64,000 nucleotides of DNA from Aulosira sp. ZfuVER01 (GTDB lineage: Bacteria > Cyanobacteriota > Cyanobacteriia > Cyanobacteriales > Nostocaceae). A program made the position numbers and the translations under genes. This document shows, one piece after another, positions 43,444 through 53,213 of the stretch. The notes below the pieces were generated by a model that searched no databases, was not told the DNA's origin, and was given only the letters and a program-made list of their open reading frames with translations. The stretch is taken from the NCBI GenBank assembly GCA_034530615.2, contig JAVRCV020000065.1, positions 92,412 through 156,411 of the forward strand. Reading direction: 5' to 3'. Positions within the stretch are counted from its first letter, which is position 1. Every line of letters begins with the position of its first letter.

Positions 43444-45462
43444 TTAAGGTACTCGCCAAATTTTAATTGTTCGGTCGCTACTTCCACTGACTATAGTCTC
43501 TCCATCAGGGCTAATTGCTACAGCATTCACTGAACTCCTATGCCCAGCCAGATTAGTTTTGAGAGCACCAGTTTGTAAATTCCAAATTTTGATAGTAAAG
43601 TCCCAACTTCCACTGACTAAAGTCTTTCCATCTGAGCTAATTGCTACAGCACTAACTGGATAGTAGTGTTTGGCGAGGGTATTTTTTAACTGTCCTGTTT
43701 GCAAATCCCAAATTTTGATAGTATCGTCTGCACTCCCACTTGCTAAAGTCTTACTATCTGGGCTAATAGCAATAGACATTACCGATTTTGTGTGTCCGTT
43801 GAGAGTAATTTTTAACTGCCCTGTTTGCAGATTCCAAATCTTGATAGTATTGTCTACACTCCCACTTGCTATAGTTTGTCCATCTGGGCTAATGGCAACA
43901 GGCATCACTGATTTTGTATGTCCGTTGAGGGTATTTGTTAACTCTCCTGTTTGCAAATCCCAAATTTTGATTTTCTTGTCTTCACCACCACTTACTAGAG
44001 TTTTTCCGTCTGGACTAATCGCCACAGAATTGACCGAATTTTGACTTTTAGGAAGAGTAGTTTTTAAATTTCCAATGGGTAAATAAACAATTTTGATATT
44101 GCCATCTTTACTGCCACTAACTAAAGTTTGATCATCTGAGCTAATAGCAACAGAATTAACTTCATCAGAATGCAAGTTTAGAGTATTTTTTAAAGCGCCA
44201 GTTTGCAAATTCCAAATTTTGATACTTTTGTCTGCACTACCACTTATTAAAGTTTCCCCATTAACACTAAATGCTAGGGAATAAATCGAGCCACTATGGC
44301 CAGTTAAGCTATTAGCTAAAGCTAGTTTTTCATAGGCAACTGTTTTAGATGGTAGAGATTTAGTAATTTTCCAAACTTCATATCCTCCCAAACCCAGCAG
44401 CAAGATAGCACCACCTATGATTAATGGTATTTTTAACTGTTGTTTAGGTTTGAGTGAGTCTACTGATTTTGATGGTGGAGGTTGATAGTTTACTGTTGGT
44501 AGTAATTCAGGTGATGGGGGTGATACTTGCCGAGGATAAGCTACTGTAGCAGGCATTTCGTGTTTACCCACATCTTTCAAAGCTTGTAAAACTGCTTCTG
44601 CTGACTGATAACGCTCCTCATAGTTTGATTGCAGCAATTTATCTAAAATCATCGCTAATTTTTGACTGACTGGTTGCGGCAAATGTTGTCGCCAATTAGC
44701 AACCCAGCCATACCCTTGTTGCTTCCACAATTCCCAAGGGGAGATATCAGTTAGTAGATGAAAGCAAGTAGCACCCAAACTATATAAATCACTAGCTGGA
44801 TATGCTTGTCCACCTTGCATCTGTTCTAAGGCAGCATAACCAAAAGAGCCGATAGTTGTTCCTTGGTGAGTAATTACCGTTTCACTCAACTGTTTAGATG
44901 CACCAAAATCGATGAGAATTATATCTCCCTTTCCTGGTTGAGACGATTTACGACGGAGAATATTTTGGGGCTTGATATCTCTGTGAATTACTTTCTGTTC
45001 GTGAACAATTTTGAGAATACTTAATAAATCGAGCAGCAATTCCTGAATCTTTTGCTCACTAAAAATACCCTGCTGTTGTAATTCCTCTAATAAATTCTCA
45101 CCGTCGATAAACTGCTGCACCAAATACAAACGATTATCTTGCTCAAAATATGCCAACAGCGTTGGGATTTGTGGATGTTCTCCTAAATGTTGCAGTCGCC
45201 TTGCTTCTTGCTCAAATAATTCCGTCGCCTTTTGCAGTGCGCCAGTTCCCTGTATCTGAGGTGCAAACTGCTTAATGACGCATAGTTCATTGAATTTTTC
45301 AACGTCTTCAGCCAAGTAGGTTTTACCAAATCCCCCGCTACCCAGTACCCGAATGGGACGATAATGTCGCAATACAATCAGGGGAACTCCACAGTGAGAG
45401 CAAAACTGTGTGCCATCAAGATTGGGAGGATTATCGCAAGAAGAGTTGAGGCAACATATCAT
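43444..45462 (-). CDS. Ser/Thr protein kinase with N-terminal 4-Cys motif and about 7 C-terminal WD40 repeats
   Basis: GSGGFG, HRDIKPQN, DFG; a central TM-like segment; GH...V.SVAISPDG.TL.SGS.D..IKIW repeats. Confidence 0.92.
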   Translation of the reverse strand: MICCLNSSCDNPPNLDGTQFCSHCGVPLIVLRHYRPIRVLGSGGFGKTYLAEDVEKFNELCVIKQFAPQIQGTGALQKATELFEQEARRLQHLGEHPQIPTLLAYFEQDNRLYLVQQFIDGENLLEELQQQGIFSEQKIQELLLDLLSILKIVHEQKVIHRDIKPQNILRRKSSQPGKGDIILIDFGASKQLSETVITHQGTTIGSFGYAALEQMQGGQAYPASDLYSLGATCFHLLTDISPWELWKQQGYGWVANWRQHLPQPVSQKLAMILDKLLQSNYEERYQSAEAVLQALKDVGKHEMPATVAYPRQVSPPSPELLPTVNYQPPPSKSVDSLKPKQQLKIPLIIGGAILLLGLGGYEVWKITKSLPSKTVAYEKLALANSLTGHSGSIYSLAFSVNGETLISGSADKSIKIWNLQTGALKNTLNLHSDEVNSVAISSDDQTLVSGSKDGNIKIVYLPIGNLKTTLPKSQNSVNSVAISPDGKTLVSGGEDKKIKIWDLQTGELTNTLNGHTKSVMPVAISPDGQTIASGSVDNTIKIWNLQTGQLKITLNGHTKSVMSIAISPDSKTLASGSADDTIKIWDLQTGQLKNTLAKHYYPVSAVAISSDGKTLVSGSWDFTIKIWNLQTGALKTNLAGHRSSVNAVAISPDGETIVSGSSDRTIKIWRVP

Positions 45463-45567
45463 ACACGTAGGTTGATCGGCAGATAGAGTAATTATCGCCT
45501 AGCGATCGCTTGCTGTCAGTAACCCGATAAATCGCTATAATTCTGGTGAGTTTTGGGGAAACCAACC

Positions 45568-46371
45568 ATGTTAGAGTACAACCTGCCGAGGTACTTGCCC
45601 TCTGCCGAAGAACTACCAGACTCTGACGACACACCTGTGGATAATGAACTGCAAGAATTAATACCAGGTTTGCTGAAGGCAATACTGCTGATACTTTGGG
45701 CAGAACGCCTGGACTGGTTCTTTGGCGTAGATATGGGTATTTATTATCACCCTGATGAACCTGCTATTGTGCCTGATGGGTTTTTGAGTTTAGGGGTAGA
45801 GCGTTTTTATGATGAGGAATTGCGCCCCAGTTATGTGCTTTGGGATGAAAATGTTGTACCTAGTTTAGTGCTAGAGGTAGTTTCCCCAAATTATCGTAAG
45901 GAATACACGACTAAATTAGATCAATATGCGGAATTAGGCGTACTGTACTACATAATTTATTCTTCCCGCCGTCGCCGCAAACCGCGCCTGGAAGTGCATA
46001 AGTTAGTTAATGGTAGATATGAATTGCAACCAGGAAACCCAGTTTGGCTACCAGAAATTGGCTTAGGAATTGGCTGCGAAAGAGGAAACTATTGCGGTGT
46101 CACAAGGGAATGGCTGTATTGGTATACCGAGGAAGGTAAGCGTTATCCTACGCCCAAAGAACAAATTCAACAAGAAGCACAACGCGCCCAACAAGAGGCT
46201 CAACGCGCCCAACAAGAAACACAACGCGCTCAACAAGAAGCTCAACGCGCTCAACAAGAAGCTCAACGCGCTCAACAAGCAGAGCAACGCGCCCAACAAG
46301 CAGAGCAACGCGCTCAACAATTGGCAGAACAATTAAGAGCGTTAGGTATAGATCCTAATAATCTGGGTTAA
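45568..46371 (+). CDS. Uma2-family endonuclease-like protein with expanded coiled-coil tail
   Basis: LPDSDDTPVDNE, VPDGF and LEVVS motifs; (QQEAQRA)n tail ending LRALGIDP. Confidence 0.9.
   Translation: MLEYNLPRYLPSAEELPDSDDTPVDNELQELIPGLLKAILLILWAERLDWFFGVDMGIYYHPDEPAIVPDGFLSLGVERFYDEELRPSYVLWDENVVPSLVLEVVSPNYRKEYTTKLDQYAELGVLYYIIYSSRRRRKPRLEVHKLVNGRYELQPGNPVWLPEIGLGIGCERGNYCGVTREWLYWYTEEGKRYPTPKEQIQQEAQRAQQEAQRAQQETQRAQQEAQRAQQEAQRAQQAEQRAQQAEQRAQQLAEQLRALGIDPNNLG
46168..46320 (+). repeat. Coding 21-nt tandem repeat (about 7 copies, QQEAQRA/QQAEQRA)
   Basis: CAACAAGAAGCTCAACGCGCT-like units in frame in the Uma2 gene. Confidence 0.85.
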
Positions 46372-46464
46372 ATATTTCCAGAAACACATTCTATAGAGTT
46401 TTCAGATTTACACATTTGCAATAATTGCAGTTGTCGCTATTGGCGCAAGATGTACTTCAGAAAA

Positions 46465-47319
46465 CTATTTCTTTTTAGGAATCACATTCCTAATTCCACC
46501 TTTCGCACCGACAGTATCACCTATGTAACGAGGGATGATATGAATACTCGCGTGCATCATATTTTGTCCCGCTGCTCGATTGATGTTCATTCCTAAATTA
46601 AAACCAGCGGGTGAAAATTCTGTTTTGAGAATTTCTTGTACTTTGTTCACCATAAACCAGCAAGCAGACTGTTCTTTGAATGGTAGCTCAAAATAACTGC
46701 TGACATGGCGTTTAGGAACAACTAAAATATGTCCTTTACTTACAGGATAACCATCAAACATCGCATAAGCAGTTGCTGATTCTGTTAATAGATTTAGATT
46801 TCTATGGGGATTGCAAAATAGACAATGATTAGAGGAATTGCGTTGGTAATTATAGTGGCTATATTCATAAAACTCCCGCATTTTATCCAAATAAATTGAA
46901 TTAAATGGGAGTTTTACAATACACTGATAGGTAGGCTTTTTATGAACATAATGTTCTCTAAAACCTTCTTTTCTAATATCTCTTCTTACAGCATAATAAG
47001 CTTTGCCTCCTGGTTTTAATAAGTGTGATACTTGCATGAGTACATTAGCTTGTTCTTCAGGAAACAAAACATTTAAAACATAAAAGCAGATGATTGTGTC
47101 AAATTTTTCTTGAGGATATTCAGGAAAATAATAAGGGTCATAACCTGTAATATCACAGCCTTTTTGGCGCAAGATTTTCGCATCATTGCCAAAGCCGCAA
47201 CCAAAATCTAGTATTTTACCTTGAAGCAGGTTTTGAGTTAATAAAAACTGTGCAGGGAATGATAAGTTACTTCTTTCTATTGCAGTGAGATGACTGAATT
47301 GATTTTTCTGCTGTTTCAT
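46465..47319 (-). CDS. Class I SAM-dependent methyltransferase fused to a HIT-family domain
   Basis: LDFGCGFG and YDPYY motifs; C-terminal CLFC, PVSKGHILVVPKRH, AGQ..MHASIHIIPR. Confidence 0.85.
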   Translation of the reverse strand: MKQQKNQFSHLTAIERSNLSFPAQFLLTQNLLQGKILDFGCGFGNDAKILRQKGCDITGYDPYYFPEYPQEKFDTIICFYVLNVLFPEEQANVLMQVSHLLKPGGKAYYAVRRDIRKEGFREHYVHKKPTYQCIVKLPFNSIYLDKMREFYEYSHYNYQRNSSNHCLFCNPHRNLNLLTESATAYAMFDGYPVSKGHILVVPKRHVSSYFELPFKEQSACWFMVNKVQEILKTEFSPAGFNLGMNINRAAGQNMMHASIHIIPRYIGDTVGAKGGIRNVIPKKK

Positions 47320-47428
47320 GGAATTTAGGTGCTTTTCCCTGCCTTCAGGTGCATCTCGTTAACCGAACTGCATTTTGATTGGTTTTGCTACTGTTCGGGT
47401 AGTTATATTTGTTATTTTGCTAATTCCT

Positions 47429-48175
47429 TTATGCGATCGCATCAGGGTCAACACCTAGCTCCCGTAACTTAGCTGCTAATATATCAGCACGTTGGCGTTC
47501 TTGTTCTGCGCGTTGGTGTTCTTGTTCAGCTTTTTCGCTACTCCACAATAGCAAATTTCCTTCGCTATCCCACCACCGTAGCCAATTCATGGTTTGGCAT
47601 AATCTTTCACCTTGCCAAATTCCGAGAAATAACTCCAACTCAGGAATCCAGAAACGCCCATTTGCATCTGCTGGCTGCAAAGTATATTGTCCATTTTGCC
47701 AGCAGCGTACTTCTAAACTTGGTTCGTAAGGGTCGTAGGTAACGTAGGTTGGAATCTTAAGAATCCGTTCGTAAAAATAGAGTTTACCGTAGGGTGGAGT
47801 TGAGCGAACTGATAATTCTCCGCCTTCAGTGTCTGAAAGAAATTCCATCACTACAGCCACCGCTGCGCCTTCTAAATTGGGAGTATAACTACGCCGAATT
47901 ACATCAGCAGCTACAGGCTGAACTTGAGGTACATAAAACCAGTCAGGTGCTTTGACAACGATTTTTTTGTTGACTGTGGCTACCAGTCCAAAATTAGAGC
48001 CAATCAACATCTGGGGTTGGATGCGTCCTGCTGTTCCTAAAGCATCGGTAAGCGCTGCGGCGAGAGGTGGTTGCTGAATATTTTCCACGGGATCGTCGGG
48101 TAAAATAAAGTCGGCTGGAAGTGCTTCCCAAGTGACAATTGGTTCTTTTTGGATGGGGTTAATTTGTAGAACCAT
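47429..48175 (-). CDS. Uma2-family endonuclease-like protein
   Basis: LPDDPVEN, KAPDWFYV and MEFLS motifs; tail LRELGVDP. Confidence 0.88.
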   Translation of the reverse strand: MVLQINPIQKEPIVTWEALPADFILPDDPVENIQQPPLAAALTDALGTAGRIQPQMLIGSNFGLVATVNKKIVVKAPDWFYVPQVQPVAADVIRRSYTPNLEGAAVAVVMEFLSDTEGGELSVRSTPPYGKLYFYERILKIPTYVTYDPYEPSLEVRCWQNGQYTLQPADANGRFWIPELELFLGIWQGERLCQTMNWLRWWDSEGNLLLWSSEKAEQEHQRAEQERQRADILAAKLRELGVDPDAIA

Positions 48176-48354
48176 AAAACTTTTCCTAGTATCAATTCCA
48201 AGTTATCAGTAAATATTTAAGTAGCCCACCAAAACCAGGATCTTGTGAGCAATGCCCACCCTACAATTAAAGGTCTACTGACTTTAAATTATCGTAAAAT
48301 CTTAAATGCTTGCTGAGGCTAGTGTATATACTCGTGGTCAGAATATAAACAGAC

Positions 48355-51300
48355 ATGAGTATGCTAATTGAATGGTTCACTACCTGGGTAGCTACCAAAG
48401 CCGTTGGATTTCTGGCCAAAACTATTATCAGCGAAGAGTTTGCTAAAGATTTAGTCAAAGACTGCGCTAAAGATTTTTTCAAATTTATCTTTAAAACTGC
48501 TGTAACAATGCCCTTTCAGCAAGAACCGCTGCAAAAAGCTGAAATCATGGCACTGACAGAATTTTTGCAACTGATGCAACAGGATTTAGAAGATGGCGAA
48601 CTTTATGAAAATGAAATTGAAAAGTATACGCAGCCAATCAAGCAATTTCTCAAGCATCCACAAGTCAGAGAAATTTTAGGCAATGCTTTTCAGCATGACT
48701 CTCAAGCTATAGATACCAAGAAATTAGCAGAAATTTGGTATCAACTTAATTCTTCATCCCCGTTACCAGATGATTTTAACTGGAAACGGGTTGGTAAGAA
48801 ATATGTGCAAAAAGTTAAAGAAATTATTTTAGGATTTTCTGAACTTAGAGAAATCCTTGATTCTAAGAATCTAGATAAAATTCGAGCAAATACAAAAGAG
48901 ATTGCCGGAATTATTCCTGAATTTGATTTAGAACGATATCAAGAAGCAATTCGTGAGAGCTACGGTAATCTCAAATTAGATAGCTTAGATACTAGTGGTT
49001 ACGCCTATAACGAACTGAAGTTATGGCGAATGTTTATTGCTCAAAATGTGCGGGAAGGTGAACAAGTTCTACCACAAGTTCACGCACTACCGAAAGAGCA
49101 TTTTAGACGGCTGCAAGAAACTAACCAACTAGAAGCAGCAGTTGCAGCAGTAGAATTAGAACAGCCGATACGTTCAGTATTAGATATAGTCAATAAAAAG
49201 CAAAAGTATAAATATATTGTGATTTTGGGCAATCCTGGTGCAGGTAAGTCTACTTTGTTGCAATATCTGGCTTTGAATTGGGCAGAGTCACCACTAAATA
49301 ATGTTATCTCCTTGCCGATTCCTTTATTAATTGAGTTACGCACTTATATGCGACGGCGAGATAATAATGAGTGCAGTAATTTTCTCGAGTTTTTCCATAA
49401 ATGTAGCGGTGCAATTTCTCACTTGAATCAACATCAACTGCACGAACAGCTTAAGGCTGGTAAAGCTTTGGTAATGTTTGATGGTTTGGATGAAGTCTTT
49501 GATCCTGGTAAGCGAGAGGATGTAATTACAGATATTCATCGCTTCACTAATGAGTATTCTAATGTGCAAGTGATTGTCACTTCTCGCGTAATTGGCTATA
49601 AACCGCAAAAATTGCGCGATGCTGAGTTTCGCCACTTCATGTTGCAAGATTTGGACTCATCACAAATTCAGGATTTTATTCACCGCTGGCATGAGTTAAC
49701 TTTTAGCGATGCAGCAGATAAAGTTAGGAAACGGGATCGATTGCAAAGAGGAATTGAAACTTCCAAAGCTATTACAGAATTAGCAGGTAATCCCCTGTTG
49801 TTGACGATGATAGCAATTCTCAATCGTAATCAGGAATTGCCCAGAGATAGAGCCGAACTTTATAAAAAAGCTTCAGAGGTTCTGCTGTATAAATGGGATG
49901 TGGAACGTGCTTTACTAGAAGATAAAACTTTAGATCATAAAACTATTCATTATAAAGAGAAGCAAGCGATGCTGCGTCAGGTTGCTTATTATATGCAAAC
50001 TAGTGGCAAAGGTTTAGCAGGTAATTTAATTAGAGAAGATGATTTAATCCAGATTTTGACGGACTATCTCAAAACTATAGAAGTCAGTCAAGCCAGAGCA
50101 TCTGCGAAGGTAATGATTGATAAATTGCGAACTCGCAACTTTATGTTATGTTTCGTAGGCGCAGATTACTATGCCTTTGTGCATAGAACATTTTTGGAAT
50201 ATTTCTGTGCTTCGGAGTTTATCTGGCAGTTTAAAGAAACACAAACCTTGACCATTGATAAACTTAAAAATGAAGTTTTTGGCAAGCACTGGCATGATGA
50301 GACTTGGCACGAAATCTTGCTGCTAATTGCAGGAATGATTGAGCCAAAATTCGTCGGTGAAATTCTGGAATACTTAATGCTGCAAGATGGCGAAGAGAGA
50401 AAGTTCGTCAATCTATTTTTAGCAGCTAAGTGCCTTGTAGATGTAAGAAATCGCTCGGTGATTGCGTCAACAGCGAATGAATTACTGAACAAGATAAAAG
50501 CTTTAACTAGCTATGACCTCTGTTACTATTACGTAGCATATCGGGACGAAGAAGAAACTCAGCTAGTTCAGGAGATTCGCACTCAAGCAGTTGCAGTTAT
50601 TGCAACAACTTGGCAAGAATCTCTTGACACCAAAACTTTCCTGAAAGACTGTGCTATCCAGGATGATAGGTGGGAGTGGGATGTGCGGGGTGCAGCAGTT
50701 AAAGCATTGGCTCAGAACTACAAAGATCACCCCGACACCAAAACCATCTTCAAAAACTATGCTACCCAAGATAAAAACTGGTATGTACGACATGCAGCAG
50801 TCGAAGCATTAGCGCAAAACTACAAAGATCACCCCGACACCAAAACCATCTTCAAAAACTATGCTACCCAGGATGATTATGAGTATGTCCGAAGTGCAGC
50901 AGTCCAAGCGTTAGCTCAGAACTTCAAAGATGACACCGACACTAAAACCTTTCTCAAAGACCGCGCTACCCACGATGAGAACTGGAATGTGCGAGGCGCA
51001 GCAATTCAAGAATTAGCTCAGAATTTCAAAGATGATCCCGACACCAAAATCTTTCTCAAAGACCGTGCTACCCACGATGATGATTCGGATGTGCGGCGTA
51101 TAGTAGTCGAAGCATTAGCTCAGAACTTCAAAGATGACCCCGACACCAAAACCTTCCTCAAAGACCGCGCTACCCAGGATGATAGTGCGAGTGTGCGAGG
51201 TACTGCTGTCTTAAAATTAGCCCAGAATTACAGAGATGACCCTGATACCAAAGCTTTGGTTAAAGACCGCGCTATCCACGATGATGATTCGGATGTGGGA

Positions 51301-52182
51301 CGTGCAGCTATTGAACAATTAGCGCAAAACTACAAAGATGACCCCGACACCAAAACTATTCTCAAAGATCGCGCTACCCATGATGATTATTCGGATGTGC
51401 GGGGTGTAGCCATAGAACAATTAGTGCAGAACTACAAAAATGATCCCGACACCCAAACCATCCTCAAAGACCGCGCTATCCACGATAATTATTCGGATGT
51501 GCGATGCGCAGCTGTCCAAGAATTAGCGCAGAACTACAAAGATGACCCCGATACCAAAACTATTCTTAAAGATCGCGCTATTCACGATGATTATTCGGAT
51601 GTGCGGGGTGTAGCCATAGAACAATTAGTGCAGAACTACAAAAATGATCCCGACACCCAAACCATCCTCAAAGACCGCGCTATCCACGATGATAACTCTG
51701 TGCGAGGTGCAGCCATTGAACAGTTAGCACGGAACTACAAAGATGATCCCAACACCAAAACTATCCTTAGAGACTGTGTTATCCAGGATGATAGTGCGAG
51801 TGTGAGAGATGTAGCTATCCGAGAATTAGCCAGAGGTTTCAAAGATGACCCTGACATCAAAACTATCCTCAAAGACCGTGCTAGCCAGGATAATCATTAC
51901 AATGTGCGAGGTGCAGCCATCGAACAATTAGCTAAGAATTTTAAATATGACTCTGCAATGTTTGAACTGTTTTATACTTGCGCGCTCAATGACCCCTTTG
52001 CTGGTAGTCATAGTAGTTTTCTTCGCAATCCTCGGTACATTGCGCTTGACATAATAATCAAGCAATTTCCTCAGCATCCCCAGACTTTACCACTGTTGCG
52101 CAACAAAGCAGAAAATGACCCAGATGAAAAAGTACGGGAGTTTGCTCAGAAGAAGTTGAAGCTGTGGGAAGGGAAAAGGTAA
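48355..52182 (+). CDS. NACHT (STAND) NTPase with C-terminal HEAT-like repeats (NLR-like)
   Basis: Walker A GNPGAGKST, Walker B MFDGLDE, VTSR, NPLLL, FVHRTFLEYF; about 13 repeats of about 34 aa. Confidence 0.9.
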   Translation: MSMLIEWFTTWVATKAVGFLAKTIISEEFAKDLVKDCAKDFFKFIFKTAVTMPFQQEPLQKAEIMALTEFLQLMQQDLEDGELYENEIEKYTQPIKQFLKHPQVREILGNAFQHDSQAIDTKKLAEIWYQLNSSSPLPDDFNWKRVGKKYVQKVKEIILGFSELREILDSKNLDKIRANTKEIAGIIPEFDLERYQEAIRESYGNLKLDSLDTSGYAYNELKLWRMFIAQNVREGEQVLPQVHALPKEHFRRLQETNQLEAAVAAVELEQPIRSVLDIVNKKQKYKYIVILGNPGAGKSTLLQYLALNWAESPLNNVISLPIPLLIELRTYMRRRDNNECSNFLEFFHKCSGAISHLNQHQLHEQLKAGKALVMFDGLDEVFDPGKREDVITDIHRFTNEYSNVQVIVTSRVIGYKPQKLRDAEFRHFMLQDLDSSQIQDFIHRWHELTFSDAADKVRKRDRLQRGIETSKAITELAGNPLLLTMIAILNRNQELPRDRAELYKKASEVLLYKWDVERALLEDKTLDHKTIHYKEKQAMLRQVAYYMQTSGKGLAGNLIREDDLIQILTDYLKTIEVSQARASAKVMIDKLRTRNFMLCFVGADYYAFVHRTFLEYFCASEFIWQFKETQTLTIDKLKNEVFGKHWHDETWHEILLLIAGMIEPKFVGEILEYLMLQDGEERKFVNLFLAAKCLVDVRNRSVIASTANELLNKIKALTSYDLCYYYVAYRDEEETQLVQEIRTQAVAVIATTWQESLDTKTFLKDCAIQDDRWEWDVRGAAVKALAQNYKDHPDTKTIFKNYATQDKNWYVRHAAVEALAQNYKDHPDTKTIFKNYATQDDYEYVRSAAVQALAQNFKDDTDTKTFLKDRATHDENWNVRGAAIQELAQNFKDDPDTKIFLKDRATHDDDSDVRRIVVEALAQNFKDDPDTKTFLKDRATQDDSASVRGTAVLKLAQNYRDDPDTKALVKDRAIHDDDSDVGRAAIEQLAQNYKDDPDTKTILKDRATHDDYSDVRGVAIEQLVQNYKNDPDTQTILKDRAIHDNYSDVRCAAVQELAQNYKDDPDTKTILKDRAIHDDYSDVRGVAIEQLVQNYKNDPDTQTILKDRAIHDDNSVRGAAIEQLARNYKDDPNTKTILRDCVIQDDSASVRDVAIRELARGFKDDPDIKTILKDRASQDNHYNVRGAAIEQLAKNFKYDSAMFELFYTCALNDPFAGSHSSFLRNPRYIALDIIIKQFPQHPQTLPLLRNKAENDPDEKVREFAQKKLKLWEGKR
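50590..51950 (+). repeat. Coding tandem repeats with a 102-nt period (34-aa HEAT-like units)
   Basis: Units of form VR.AA...LAQNYKDDPDTKT.LKDRA..DD, including near-identical recent duplications. Confidence 0.88.
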
Positions 52183-52404
52183 AGGGGTAAGGGGAAAGGG
52201 GTAAATTCATTCCTTTGCCCTTTTTCATTGAGCGAGAATTATTAATATGGTATCTGTTTAGACGGGCTTAGTAGCTTGTTACCAGTCATCGCTCCTCAAT
52301 TTTTCTCACAATTCCAGCAAAATGTTCGATTAGCCTTAGCAGTGGGAATTATATACTGAGCAATTAATGCTACTCAGTTTATATAGTTACCGGGTGAATC
52401 TACA

Positions 52405-52881
52405 ATGGCTTATCAAAATATCACTGCTACCGTTTCGTCAGAAGATATTCAAGAAATTAAAGCAGCGCTACAGACAATTCACAATAAGCTACCCTTTCTC
52501 GTTACCCTCAGCACTGAAGAGCGGCGCAAGTTAGTCAAAATGGGCGATAAAAGCCTAGCCTTTGTGAACAATAGCGTCAGTGCGGCGCAGTCTAACCGTG
52601 AAATTCTCCCAGCCAGCTTTAACATCGAGGAATTTGTCCAGGATTATCAATTAGCCACCACACTCACCGAACTTTTAACCTCAATGCGGCAACTCACCGA
52701 GCAAGTCGATGATACCCTTTTGGCAGTCGGTAGTGAAGCCATGAGCAGCAGTTTGACAGTTTATGATTATGTCAAAACAGCTGCGAAAAAGACTCCAGGC
52801 TTAAAAACTCTAGCAGAACAGTTAGGTGAACGCTTCAAAGCTCTCAAAGGTAGACCTGTTAAAGCTACATCTGGTAATTGA
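52405..52881 (+). CDS. Uncharacterised 158-aa alpha-helical protein directly upstream of a 21-nt repeat array
   Basis: Clean ORF (LPFLVTLSTEERRKLVKMGDKS...DDTLLAVGSEAM...YDYVKTAA); no recognisable catalytic motif. Confidence 0.82.
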   Translation: MAYQNITATVSSEDIQEIKAALQTIHNKLPFLVTLSTEERRKLVKMGDKSLAFVNNSVSAAQSNREILPASFNIEEFVQDYQLATTLTELLTSMRQLTEQVDDTLLAVGSEAMSSSLTVYDYVKTAAKKTPGLKTLAEQLGERFKALKGRPVKATSGN

Positions 52882-52885
52882 TAAA

Positions 52886-53213
52886 TTAATACTGCTCAAC
52901 GAGGCTTGGAACTCCGTTAACCAGCCTCCAATACTCATTAACCAGTCTTTGAACTCCGTTAACCAGTCTCAGATACTCGTTAACCAGGCTCCAATACTCA
53001 TTAATCAGTCTTTGAACTCCGTTAACCAGTCTTTGAACTCCGTTAATCAGTCTCAGATACTCGTTAACCAGGCTCAGAACTCCGTTAATCAGTCTCAGAT
53101 AATCGTTAACCAGTCTTTGAACTCCGTTAACCAGGCTCAGAACTCCGTTAACCAGGCTCAGATACTCGTTAACCAGGCTCAGATACTCGTTAACCAGCCT
53201 TAGAACTCCGTTA
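52886..53213. repeat. Modular 21-nt tandem array: 14 full units (52907-53200) plus degenerate flanking units
   Basis: Unit = (TTG/CAG/CCA/TGG)(AACTCC/ATACTC)(G/A)TTAA(C/T)CAG(T/G/C)CT. Confidence 0.93.

Noticed and set aside
46168..46320. Link between the Uma2 21-nt repeats and the 52.9-kb array
   Set aside because: The sequences are unrelated, and QRAQQE-type coiled-coil tails are common in cyanobacterial Uma2 proteins.
50590..51950. Diversity-generating retroelement template/variable repeat pair
   Set aside because: No reverse transcriptase is present, and the differences between repeats are not adenine-specific; tandem duplication explains them.
52886..53213. CRISPR array interpretation of the 21-nt repeats
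   Set aside because: The units are contiguous with no unique spacers, the period is too short, and no cas genes are in the window.
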